A stretch of 32,000 bases of DNA from Desulfocapsa sulfexigens DSM 10523 (GCF_000341395.1 NC_020304.1:600001-632000), one strand, 5' to 3'; counted from the first letter of the stretch, positions 10,694 through 19,135 are shown. The notes: a model not told the origin generated them from the letters alone. Numbers and translations are program-made.

Positions 10694-11747
10694 TCAGTAC
10701 AGTCGGCGAAAGGCCGATGCCTTGATCACAGCCACCACTTCGGCGCCCTTACGGAGATCAAGCTCACGGATCGCCTCCGGCACAACCTGGGAGACAAGAC
10801 TTCTCCCGTTGCAGGCCAGCTCTACCCCGATCCGGTTGCCTTCGCCAAAGACATCGGTCACCCGACAGGCAAGGAGATTACGGGCGGAGGTGGCCACAGG
10901 ATGCTGTTTGAAGAGGGTAATGTCCTTGGCTCCAAGCTCAAAAACGTTCTCCCCCTCCCCTCCCGGTTCGGTGAGAATCAATTCGGTCCCCCCATCGGTA
11001 GGCCCAGAGGTCATCATGCGGCTGCGGAGGCGGCAGGTGAAAAAGGTTGGCATAGCCGCGGTTGCCGGCGACCAGTCCCCGCCGTGCCAGATCTTCCGCC
11101 GCCAGACGCTCCTGGAGCCGCCCCTGGCCAAAAACCAGGACTTCATCTGTCATCAGCCGGATCTCCTGCATTGAATGACTGATAAAGAGCAGAGGAATCT
11201 CGAACTGGTCAAGGACCGTCCGCAGATAGGGAATAATCTGAAACTTCAACTCCTGGTCCAGGCCGGTCAGGGGTTCATCCATCAGAATAAGACGAGGGCA
11301 GGCCAGGACAGTGCGGCCAAGGGCCACCCGCTGCCGCTCTCCACCGGAAAGACTGTTCACCCCCCGCTCCAGGAGATGATCGAGGCCCAATACCTTGATG
11401 ATCGCCTCCGGCGTACCACGACGCTGATCCGGCGGAGTCCGTTTCCAGCCGTAAAAGAGATTGCGACGGACATTCATGTGGGGAAAGAGGCGGGCGTGCT
11501 GAAAGACCACCCCGATCCGGCGCTCCTGCGGGGGAAGGCTGATCTTTTTTTCACAGTCATAGAGGATCTGACCGTCCAGCACAATACGGCCCCGGTCAGG
11601 TTTGAGCAGTCCGGCCAGAATATGCATAAAGGTTGACTTACCACTGCCGGAGGGCCCAAATATCCCACATTTTTTCTCGGCCAGGGAAAAGGCCACCTGC
11701 AGGGAAAAATTACCGACCCTTTTTGTTATATCCACTTCAAAGAGCAT
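10694..11747 (-). CDS. modC: Molybdate ABC transporter ATP-binding protein with Mop/TOBE C-terminus, apparent +1 frameshift at the poly-C(+)/poly-G(-) run 10988-10993
   Basis: 10938..11747 gives the ATPase (GPSGSGKSTF, LSGGERQRVALGR, LILMDEPLTGLD). The shifted frame 10694..~10990 continues as GGTELILTEPGGEGENVFELGAKDITLFKQHPVATSARNLLACRVTDVF...EVVAVIKASAFRRL (TOBE/Mop). Confidence 0.88.
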
Positions 11748-11750
11748 CAG

Positions 11751-12428
11751 CTACCTCCTGCGGAAGGAACGTGCCGAGGCTTCGCTGACCAGGAGGACCA
11801 GGAAGGAAAGGCCGATGGAGACCAGACAGAGCGACAGGGCCATGGAATCTCCCCCAGGGGTGTTGGTATACTCGTAGATGGCCAACGGAATGGTCTGGGT
11901 AACTCCGGGAATATTGCCGGCCAGAATGATGGTGGCCCCAAACTCTCCAAGGCTTCTGGCAAACATCAGGGTCATGCCCGCCAGAACGGCCCGGCCGGAG
12001 AGGGGCAGGATGACCGAATAAAGGCTGTCCCACCACCTGGCCCCCAGGGTTCGGGCCGCCTGGAGGTACTGCTCATCAATCCCTTCCATGCCGATCCTGA
12101 TGGAACGGACCAGAAGTGGAAAGCCGACCACGGCCGAGGCGATCACCGCCCCTTTCAGGGTAAAAATGATCCGGAGATCGAAAAACCGGAGCACCGGCCC
12201 AAGAGAGCCGGACTGGCCGAAGAGAAGGAGGAGAAGATACCCGACCACCACCGGAGGGAGTACCAGCGGCAAATTCACCACCCCCTCCAGAGCCGCCCGG
12301 CCCGGGATCCTGGTAAAGACCAGAAGATAGGCCGCAGCAAAACCGAGAGGAAGCGAGAGCAGGGTCGCGGCAGTGGCCACCTTGAGAGATAGGATAATGG
12401 CCTGGATATCCTGGGGAGTAAGAGACAT
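11751..12428 (-). CDS. modB: Molybdate ABC transporter permease
   Basis: 225 aa, EGVVNLPLVLPPVVVGYLLLLLFG...ARSLGEFGATIILAGNIPGVTQTIPLAIY. Confidence 0.94.
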   Translation of the reverse strand: MSLTPQDIQAIILSLKVATAATLLSLPLGFAAAYLLVFTRIPGRAALEGVVNLPLVLPPVVVGYLLLLLFGQSGSLGPVLRFFDLRIIFTLKGAVIASAVVGFPLLVRSIRIGMEGIDEQYLQAARTLGARWWDSLYSVILPLSGRAVLAGMTLMFARSLGEFGATIILAGNIPGVTQTIPLAIYEYTNTPGGDSMALSLCLVSIGLSFLVLLVSEASARSFRRR

Positions 12429-12467
12429 AATATTTACGTTCTCAATCTATTCAGATTGCCGATTCAA

Positions 12468-13235
12468 TCAGTGGGAGGAAGCAACTGTGAAGCCGTATTT
12501 CTCCAGAATAGTAACGGCCGCCGGCGTACCCAGATAGGCGAGAAAGGCCTGGGCATCCGGATTCTTCATTCCGGCAAGTGTCAGCCCCAATGGATAGGCA
12601 ATGGGGTCATGGAGCTCTGCGGGTACGGTCAAAAGGATAACAGCCCGGCGGGCGAGCAGGGCATCGGTCTTATAAATAAAGGCCCCGTCCACCTCGGCGC
12701 GATCCGCGTAGAGCAGGGCCTGGCGGACATCCTTGGCCATAACCAGTTTATGTTCTTTTTCCAGTTGCTCGTAGATCCCTGCCACCTGCATGGCCTGGGC
12801 CGCATACTGTCCGGCAGGCACACTCTTCGGACTCCCTATGGCTATACGGGAAAGAGTGGCGACTCCCCCCAAATCGTGAACCAGAGTATCCTCGGCTCCG
12901 ACAAAAACCAGAGAATTCCTGGCAAAAATCCGAACCGTTTCCGGAACAACCTGTTTTTCTTTGAGAAGGTAATCCATCCATTTTTTATTGGCCGAGACAT
13001 AAAGGTCGGCAGGAGCCCCTTGGACGATCTGTTTGGCCAGAGAGCCGGATGAAGCGAAATTAGGAAGAATGGCAATCCCTGGATGTTCCTTGATAAATTC
13101 TCCGTTCAGTTCCTTGAAGGCATCAGTCATACTGGCCGCCACCGAAAGCCGGATCTCCCCCCCGGCCAGGGCCTGGACAGCTGTGGCGCAAAGCGCCAGA
13201 AAAACGAATACGAGTAGTCTTGCTTGCCTTTTCAT
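12468..13235 (-). CDS. modA: Molybdate-binding periplasmic protein
   Basis: Signal peptide then GEIRLSVAASMTDAFKELNGEF...PNFASSGSLAKQIVQGAPADLYVSANKKWMDYL...YPLGLTLAG. AAGGAG lies upstream of the start. Confidence 0.93.
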   Translation of the reverse strand: MKRQARLLVFVFLALCATAVQALAGGEIRLSVAASMTDAFKELNGEFIKEHPGIAILPNFASSGSLAKQIVQGAPADLYVSANKKWMDYLLKEKQVVPETVRIFARNSLVFVGAEDTLVHDLGGVATLSRIAIGSPKSVPAGQYAAQAMQVAGIYEQLEKEHKLVMAKDVRQALLYADRAEVDGAFIYKTDALLARRAVILLTVPAELHDPIAYPLGLTLAGMKNPDAQAFLAYLGTPAAVTILEKYGFTVASSH

Positions 13236-13256
13236 CACGATTTCTCCTTATTGCTC

Positions 13257-13502
13257 TTATTTATCCTGTAGACCAACGGACAGAGTTTGGGCCTTTACCG
13301 GGGTCACGTCTCCCTGTACAACTAGCCGCCTTACTTGTTCTTTTGCACAAAATATGCCATTCTCTCTTTTCACCCACTGCCCCAGTGGCTACCGGACGTG
13401 GCCGGGAAAAGACACCTCCTTCTTGCTGGATCTGACCGACAGCATCCGTCCCGACACTACCTTTTTGTCACATCTGTAACAAAAAGGTGGAACATGCTCC
13501 AT
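13257..13502 (-). other. Possible small ORF interrupted by an in-frame UAG, between the ModE-like box and modA
   Basis: ATG at 13502 after CTGGAGA: MEHVPPFCYRCDKKVVSGRMLSVRSSKKEVSFPGHVR-[UAG 13389-13391]-PLGQWVKRENGIFCAKEQVRRLVVQGDVTPVKAQTLSVGLQDK*. Both halves are in the same frame and the stop lies about 20 nt before modA. Confidence 0.35.
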
Positions 13503-13530
13503 TCTCCAGATTCCAATCCTCTATCACATT

Positions 13531-13556
13531 TCGATATATTAAACAAAATATAACGA
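13531..13556 (-). promoter_or_regulatory. ModE-like operator upstream of the modABC operon
   Basis: TCGATATATTAAACAAAATATAACGA, an imperfect palindrome resembling the ModE box (CG.TATATA-N-TATATA.CG); 26 bp, 9 of the 10 outer pairs complementary. Confidence 0.65.
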
Positions 13557-13601
13557 TGGAGAAAAAAAAGGCTCCCAGGAAATGACTGTCTGAAAACACT
13601 C

Positions 13602-13976
13602 TCACCAGGGGAGCTCCATTGTCTCTTCGGCCAGAAAATTCGCCAGCCGCTCCTGCAGGGCGGCGAACCGAGTCAAAGCCTCTTCACCGGCTGTAGTGAC
13701 CCGGGCCCCACCACCGCCCTTCCCTCCCTTACTGGTTTCCACCAAAGGGAAAGGGGCCTGACGATTCATGGAACTAATCAGATCCCAGGCGTGCTTGTAT
13801 GACATTTTCATGGACCGGGCTGCCGCGGAAATAGAACCATATTCCCGGACTCGCTGCAGAAGCACTACTCGACCGACGCCGAGAAAAGTCTCTCCGTTAT
13901 TTTCAATCCAGATCCTGCCATTACAGGAATACCCTGCAACAACCTCTTTCTTCTTATGGGCTCGATGCTTCTTCAT
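13602..13976 (-). CDS. ModE-like N-terminal wHTH regulator (no Mop domain)
   Basis: 124 aa, GRVVLLQRVREYGSISAAARSMKMSYKHAWDLISSMN...GGKGGGGARVTTAGEEALTRF, the ModE/LysR-type HTH signature. Confidence 0.88.
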   Translation of the reverse strand: MKKHRAHKKKEVVAGYSCNGRIWIENNGETFLGVGRVVLLQRVREYGSISAAARSMKMSYKHAWDLISSMNRQAPFPLVETSKGGKGGGGARVTTAGEEALTRFAALQERLANFLAEETMELPW

Positions 13977-13979
13977 GAG

Positions 13980-14005
13980 TCGCTATATAAAACAAAATAC
14001 ATCGA
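13980..14005 (-). promoter_or_regulatory. Second ModE-like operator immediately upstream of the modE-like gene
   Basis: TCGCTATATAAAACAAAATACATCGA, same 26-bp length and core as 13531..13556, ending 3 bp from the ATG. Confidence 0.55.
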
Positions 14006-14117
14006 ATAGCAAGAACAATTCGCTGATCCCTTCTAATGACCGGGCCAACATACATTGCCATCATCCATCAGTGGGTATGGTGGCCGAAACTTCTCAGAGC
14101 TGAGGCTACATGAGGGA

Positions 14118-14543
14118 TCAGGGGACAATAGCCGGAAGCGTGACAATAAATTCACGAATTTCATCTCGGACCCGGCTGTAATGCTTGAGGGCCTCATCTT
14201 CGCTTGCGGCATTTTCAGCTAATTTCGGAGGGTCGTCAAAGCCGTGATGGATTACTCTCACAGGGCCGGGAAAAAAAGGACAGTTTTCATCAGCGTGACC
14301 GCAGACGGTGATTACCAGATCAAACGCATTTTCGGGCAGCTCGCTGACCAGCTTTGAACGGTGACCGGAAATATCCACCCCGGCTTCGGCCATTGACTTA
14401 ACCGCCAGTGGGTTGAGACCATGGGTCTCGATACCGGCAGAAAAAGCCTCGATGGTGTTGCCAAGGAGCCTGCGGGCCCAACCTTCCGCCATCTGACTGC
14501 GACAGGAATTGCCTGTGCAGAGGAAAAGGACCTTTTTTTTCAC
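14118..14543 (-). CDS. arsC: Arsenate reductase, LMW-phosphatase (thioredoxin-coupled-like) family, GTG start
   Basis: KVLFLCTGNSCRSQMAEGW...SAGIETHGLNPLAVKSMAEAGVDISGHRSK...VITVCGHADENCPFFPG. Confidence 0.92.
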   Translation of the reverse strand: MKKKVLFLCTGNSCRSQMAEGWARRLLGNTIEAFSAGIETHGLNPLAVKSMAEAGVDISGHRSKLVSELPENAFDLVITVCGHADENCPFFPGPVRVIHHGFDDPPKLAENAASEDEALKHYSRVRDEIREFIVTLPAIVP

Positions 14544-14719
14544 TGTTCTGTATCCTCAATAAAAATTTTCAATCCCTTCCTCTTTACATCCTGAATAAAT
14601 TCCATAACCTTGCTTTTAATCTGGTTTCGGATTTCTCTTACCTTTTCGAGATACGCTTCCACCATCTGGCTTCTGCCGGTATTATGCTCACAAATAAAAA
14701 GAACGTTAAATGCATCCAT
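14540..14719 (-). CDS. Miniature ArsC-like protein (P-loop fused to a C-terminal helix)
   Basis: MDAFNVLFICEHNTGRSQMVEAYLEKVREIRNQIKSKVMEFIQDVKRKGLKIFIEDTEQ* (59 aa). Contains the CX5RS active-site motif. GGAGATAAGACA precedes the ATG and the stop overlaps the arsC start (GTGA). Confidence 0.65.
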   Translation of the reverse strand: MDAFNVLFICEHNTGRSQMVEAYLEKVREIRNQIKSKVMEFIQDVKRKGLKIFIEDTEQ

Positions 14720-14746
14720 TGTCTTATCTCCAGAATAAAAAGTTAA

Positions 14747-15834
14747 TCATTCGTCTCTGCTGACATGGCAGACACCGGTCAGAGTTTCCCTGGCATGGGG
14801 AAAGTATTTTTTCTTGAACCAGAAGGCAACGTTGACCAGGGCGATCAGTACCGGAACCTCCACCAGAGGTCCGATAACCGCTGCAAAGGCCTGGCCGGAA
14901 TCGATACCGAATACGGCGATGGCCACGGCGATGGCGAGCTCGAAGTTGTTGGAGGCAGCCGTAAAAGAAAGGGTGGTGGCCTGCTCGTATGTGGCTCCCA
15001 CCTTCATGGACATGAAAAAGGAAACCAGAAACATGACCAGGAAATAGATGGCCAACGGGATCGCAATTCGAACAACGTCAAAGGGCAGCTGAACAATATA
15101 TTCACCCTTCAACGAAAACATGACGACGATGGTGAAAAGGAGAAACATCAGGGTAAGGGGGCTGATCATGGGGATCAGTTTTTCCTGATACCACTCCTCA
15201 CCCTTCAGGCGCAGACCGATGAAACGGGTCAACATCCCGGCGATAAAGGGGATACCAAGGTAAATAAAGACTGACTGGGCGATCTGCCCCATGGAAATAT
15301 CGACCTCCAGCCCTGCAATGCCGAAAATTTTGGGAAGAAAGGTAATGAAGAACCAGGCATAAACCGAAAAAAAAGCACCTGAAAAATGGAGTTGAAGGCG
15401 ACCAGGCCCGCGCAGTATTCCCGATCTCCCTCGGCCAGATCATTCCAGACAATGACCATGGCGATACAGCGGGCCAGGCCGATCAGGATGAGGCCAACCA
15501 TATACTCGTGCTGCCCGGAGAGAAAGCTTATCGCCAGGCCGAACATCAGGACAGGCCCGATAATCCAGTTCTGGATAAGTGAAAGCGTCAGTATCCTGCC
15601 GTTTCTGAATACCTCATGCAGCTGCTCATAGCGCACCTTGGCCAAGGGCGGGTACATCATGAGAATGAGGCCCACGGCGATGGGTATATTGGTAGTCCCC
15701 ACCTGAAAGGCGTTGATAAAATCCTTAATGCCGGGCAGAAAATACCCGCTCCCGACGCCAATCAGCATGGCAAGAAAAATCCAGAGGGTGAGAAATCGAT
15801 CAAGAAAAGAAAGTCTTCTGCCTTCAGCACTCAT
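14747..15834 (-). CDS. ACR3-type arsenite permease, apparent frameshift at the A8 run 15367-15374
   Basis: N-terminal half [35 protein letters not shown]...[34 protein letters not shown] in one frame. The other frame carries [48 protein letters not shown]...[23 protein letters not shown]. Confidence 0.88.
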
Positions 15835-15848
15835 GGGGAGTCCTCCGA

Positions 15849-16208
15849 TCAACCTGGTTCCGTGACGCAGGTGTCTGCTTTTTTTGTTTTCAGAAACGCT
15901 CCCAGGCGATGACGGTCTTCGCGGGCTTGCTCCAAGTGGAGGCAATATTTCTGGAGGAAGTCAAAGAGAGCTTCACGAATCCCGTTATCAGCACTGATGC
16001 GATAGTACATCCACACACCGCGGCGCTTCCCTTCAACCAGGTCGGTGTTGCGTAGTATCGCCAGGTGCCTTGACACCGTTGATTGCGGCATATCCAGAGC
16101 AGCCTCAAGATCGCATACGCACAGTTCACCGTTTTTTAACAGGAGAAACAGGATCCTCAGTCTGGTCTCATCGCCGACCGTCTTAAAAATTTGTACTGTT
16201 TTTTTCAT
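15849..16208 (-). CDS. arsR: ArsR-family metalloregulator
   Basis: [71 protein letters not shown]; ELCVCDL metal-binding motif. Confidence 0.93.
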   Translation of the reverse strand: MKKTVQIFKTVGDETRLRILFLLLKNGELCVCDLEAALDMPQSTVSRHLAILRNTDLVEGKRRGVWMYYRISADNGIREALFDFLQKYCLHLEQAREDRHRLGAFLKTKKADTCVTEPG

Positions 16209-16213
16209 AAATA

Positions 16214-16241
16214 CAATATATCCGGATATGCGGATATATTG
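16214..16241 (-). promoter_or_regulatory. Probable ArsR operator
   Basis: CAATATATCCG-GATATG-CGGATATATTG: perfect 11-bp inverted repeat with 6-nt spacer, 6 bp upstream of the arsR ATG. Confidence 0.75.
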
Positions 16242-16532
16242 CAAACACTTTTTTTGTCGGCGGTGCATGAATTCTAATCTTTTGACTGATAGATTTTTTC
16301 TGGTGACCACCGAGCTCTGTCTTGTCACGCCAGTAATCGGGATATGAGAAGCAATCAGGCAACCCACTGAGAACAGGACCTTTCCATTATCTGCTTCCCA
16401 GGCGAACCGCTTTTATATGTTGCTGTTTTCCGGGGAGTATTATAGGGTATTTTCATGTAAATCCGGCCGGAATATTGGGAATCATGACCTGTGACGTCCT
16501 CTGCGGTGAATATTGTGGAGTAAAAGGGGTGA

Positions 16533-16623
16533 GAACGGCCCCTCGCAGGCTCCGCGTCAGGCCGTTTTGAGAGAAAAACAGGTTTCTGGAGACCCGTTTT
16601 CCCGCTGATCCTTTGCCTGACGG
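16533..16623 (+). promoter_or_regulatory. Possible structured 5' leader with mutually exclusive stems upstream of the EAL-HDOD gene
   Basis: CGTCAGGC (16555-16562) is complementary to GCCTGACG (16615-16622). ACGGCC (16535-16540) is complementary to GGCCGT (16560-16565). An internal hairpin AAAACaGGTTT-CTGG-AGACCcGTTTT spans 16575-16600. Confidence 0.35.
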
Positions 16624-16645
16624 CAAGCAAAATCCGGTCATTTAT

Positions 16646-17851
16646 ATGGATCAATTCATCGCCAGACAGCCCATTCTCAATATCCATAAAAAGCTGCATG
16701 CCTATGAGCTACTCTACAGGGGGGCAAAGCATTACAGCCTGGACAAGGTAAGCAGTGACCGGGCTACCACCAGTGTTCTTTCAAGCGTTTTTTTGACAAG
16801 AGATATCCAGGAAATTTCTGCCTATCGCCCCTGTTTCGTCAATTTTTCTCAGAATTTGATAGAGACCATGCTTCCCACTTCCTTTCCACAATCGCAAATT
16901 GTGGTCGAAGTCCTCGAAGATGTCCAGCCCACTCCGAAAGTTCTCGCAGCCTGTAATCGTCTGCGCAGGAGCGGATATACCATAGCGCTCGATGATTTTA
17001 TCTATGACCGGAAACTTGAACCTCTTATCGAATTGGCAGATATCATCAAGATTGACATCCGGATGACCCCCCTTGATACCATTATTCGGACCCTGAACCT
17101 GCTTTCCAGGCATAAGGTGAAGCTCCTTGCCGAAAAAGTTGAAACACTTCAGGAGTTTGAAAAGGCAAGCAAGATGGGGTTCGTATATTTTCAGGGGTAT
17201 TTTTTCTGTGAGCCGGAGCAGGTACATATCAAAGAACTTCCTGCCAATAAAGCCAGCCTCGTCGCCCTGCTGGCTGAGGTAATTGGAAAAAAAACAACCC
17301 TTGAGAAGCTCTACAAAATAATCAGCACTGATCTTGCCGTCACCTACAAGCTTTTGAAGTTTCTCAACTCAGCCTATTTTTATCGTCTGGAAAAGGTGAA
17401 AACCGTCAAGCATGCTATCGCCTATCTGGGAGCGAAGGAACTGACGCGTTTTATCATGCTGATCATCATTTCAGAGCTGGCTGTGGAGAAGCCGGGAGAG
17501 CTGGTGCGTCTGGTTCTTGTTCGAGCCAAGTTCTGTGAATTACTGGGAAAGTCCTGTTCTTATGCCTGTGACTCCTCGGAACTGTTCGTCCTGGGGTTGT
17601 TTTCTCTTTTGGATACCATGCTTGAAACGTCCATGAAAAAGGTTTTGGAAAATCTCCCGGTCAGCAGCATGATCAAGGATGCACTGTTATTGAAAACCGG
17701 CCTCTATGCCGATTTCCTCCGGGTGCCCATCGCATTTGAAAAAAACGATGATACCGTTTCCACCGCATTGCTTGCAAAGTTGGGAGTTAACATGGAAAAG
17801 GCATCTGAATCGTACCTTGTGGCCATGCGCTATGCCAACGGACTGGTATAA
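16646..17851 (+). CDS. EAL-HDOD domain signalling protein
   Basis: MDQFIARQPILNIHKKLHAYELLYRG...ALDDFIYDRKLEPLIELADIIKIDI...LLKFLNSAYFYRLEKVKTVKHAIAYLG. The EAL part appears degenerate. Confidence 0.9.
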   Translation: MDQFIARQPILNIHKKLHAYELLYRGAKHYSLDKVSSDRATTSVLSSVFLTRDIQEISAYRPCFVNFSQNLIETMLPTSFPQSQIVVEVLEDVQPTPKVLAACNRLRRSGYTIALDDFIYDRKLEPLIELADIIKIDIRMTPLDTIIRTLNLLSRHKVKLLAEKVETLQEFEKASKMGFVYFQGYFFCEPEQVHIKELPANKASLVALLAEVIGKKTTLEKLYKIISTDLAVTYKLLKFLNSAYFYRLEKVKTVKHAIAYLGAKELTRFIMLIIISELAVEKPGELVRLVLVRAKFCELLGKSCSYACDSSELFVLGLFSLLDTMLETSMKKVLENLPVSSMIKDALLLKTGLYADFLRVPIAFEKNDDTVSTALLAKLGVNMEKASESYLVAMRYANGLV

Positions 17852-17930
17852 TCGGCCATGCCAGTCCCCTCACTCGCCTTTTTCACCGTGGAATCTTTTT
17901 CGAATTTCTGATTATTTTCGATATATCTGT

Positions 17931-18281
17931 TCAGGAAAATCTCCCTCTGAACATGAAATATACGGCACCCACCATGCAGAATCCCGCCCACAGATAATCC
18001 AGCTTCAACGGTTCCTTGAGATACAAAACAGAAAAAGGGACAAAGACAGAAAGTGTTATCACCTCCTGGATGATTTTCAGTTGGCCAATGTTAAGGACGG
18101 TGTAACCGATGCGATTGGCCGGGACCTGAAAGAGATATTCAAGCAGGGCAATTGACCAGCTTGCCAGGGCCGCAATGATCCAGGGTTTTCCGTTTAACTC
18201 TTTGAGGTGGGCGTACCAGGCAAAGGTCATAAACAGGTTGCTACACAGCAGAAGACAAACAGAAAGGATGATCGGGTGCAT
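17931..18281 (-). CDS. DMT/DUF486 family small membrane protein
   Basis: MHPIILSVCLLLCSNLFMTFAWYAHLKELNGKPW...SWSIALLEYLFQVPANRIGY...LKIIQEVITLSVFVPFSVLYL. Confidence 0.9.
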   Translation of the reverse strand: MHPIILSVCLLLCSNLFMTFAWYAHLKELNGKPWIIAALASWSIALLEYLFQVPANRIGYTVLNIGQLKIIQEVITLSVFVPFSVLYLKEPLKLDYLWAGFCMVGAVYFMFRGRFS

Positions 18282-18460
18282 AAGCTATGATTTCAGGTGT
18301 ATTGGGTTGCAGTTGAGAACGGAAGGGAGGCAATGTTCTCAAGTATATGTTTGCCACAGCTTTACGGGCGGCAGAGAAAATTTACAAGTAAAAAAGAAGG
18401 GGCTGGTAATGATGATGCTTCAATGAACGAAATCAGATCAACCCCGGCCCCCGTCATTGC

Positions 18461-18502
18461 AAAAAAAACCTCCAGCTTATCTGAGTAGATACGCTGGAGG
18501 TT
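18461..18502 (-). terminator. Rho-independent terminator of small-membrane cassette copy 1
   Basis: Minus strand: AACCTCCAGCGTATCT-ACTC-AGATAAGCTGGAGGTT followed by TTTTTT; 16-bp stem with one mismatch. Confidence 0.9.
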
Positions 18503-18543
18503 CGCCGTACGGGACTGTATCCCTATGAGTTGTTAACTTCTGT

Positions 18544-18843
18544 TTACTTTGAAACTTTGACTGTTGCGGGTGCCTTATTTACATATTTAAAAAATACCGG
18601 GAAGGCAACAAAGAAAGCCACACAGAGCAGATACTCAATACCTTTGATATGGGTGTAGTAATCAACCAGAGTATGCAGAGGTTTCACCATTCCGATTGCC
18701 ACCATATACTGTCCGGCAAGTTCGCTCACCGACCAGCCAACCGATGAAAGGGCACTGGTAAGGGCTGCACCAACCCAGAGACACATGATGGAACCGGCTG
18801 CGAGAAGTATTCTTGATCCTGTTTTTGATCTATTCTCTTTCAT
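18544..18843 (-). CDS. Cassette protein B (99 aa, hydrophobic, about 2 TM), copy 1
   Basis: MKENRSKTGSRILLAAGSIMCLWVGAALTSALSSVGWSVSELAGQYMVAIGMVKPLHTLVDYYTHIKGIEYLLCVAFFVAFPVFFKYVNKAPATVKVSK, almost identical to the ORF at 28400..28699. Confidence 0.88.
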   Translation of the reverse strand: MKENRSKTGSRILLAAGSIMCLWVGAALTSALSSVGWSVSELAGQYMVAIGMVKPLHTLVDYYTHIKGIEYLLCVAFFVAFPVFFKYVNKAPATVKVSK

Positions 18844-18884
18844 GATATTATCCTTATTTCTCTATTTTAACTTGTGTGTGTTTT

Positions 18885-19079
18885 TCAGCCGATAACTGCA
18901 GTAAGGTATCCCTTGACAACGTTCAAAGGTCCCACGCTTATCATAGCGCTTGCGAGACAGGCAAATCCCCAGATGCCGACAAGGGCTGCCATGGTCATTC
19001 CAGCACCGAGTGCAAATGTAGAAGTTTCGTATCCGGCTTTAACCTGAGTAGTTGTGGTAGCTTGTGTGTTTGTATTCAT
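18885..19079 (-). CDS. Cassette protein A (64 aa, hydrophobic), copy 1
   Basis: MNTNTQATTTTQVKAGYETSTFALGAGMTMAALVGIWGFACLASAMISVGPLNVVKGYLTAVIG. GGAGGG is correctly placed for this ATG, and there is a homologue at 28742..28936. Confidence 0.87.
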   Translation of the reverse strand: MNTNTQATTTTQVKAGYETSTFALGAGMTMAALVGIWGFACLASAMISVGPLNVVKGYLTAVIG

Positions 19080-19135
19080 GGTACCCTCCATATAGAATTG
19101 ATTTGACTTACTTTTTCTTTTCTTTACCCTCTATA

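Noticed and set aside
10602-11182. Plus-strand ORFs 10602..11174 and 10901..11182 opposite modC
   Set aside because: High-GC shadow ORFs antisense to the TOBE/Mop part of modC; the minus strand has clear family similarity.
13033-13553. Plus-strand ORFs 13033..13479, 13220..13435, 13335..13553
   Set aside because: Antisense to modA and its leader; no RBS or domain pattern.
14765-15274. 169-aa plus-strand ORF opposite the acr3 gene
   Set aside because: [19 protein letters not shown]-type composition is typical of an antisense translation of a membrane protein gene.
16355-16699. Minus-strand 114-aa ORF upstream of the EAL-HDOD gene
   Set aside because: Overlaps the start of a strongly supported gene and the inverted-repeat leader; no similarity recognised.
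17931-18281. DUF486 gene as a third component of the micro-cassette
   Set aside because: It sits beyond the strong terminator of copy 1 and has no counterpart next to copy 2, so adjacency is probably incidental.
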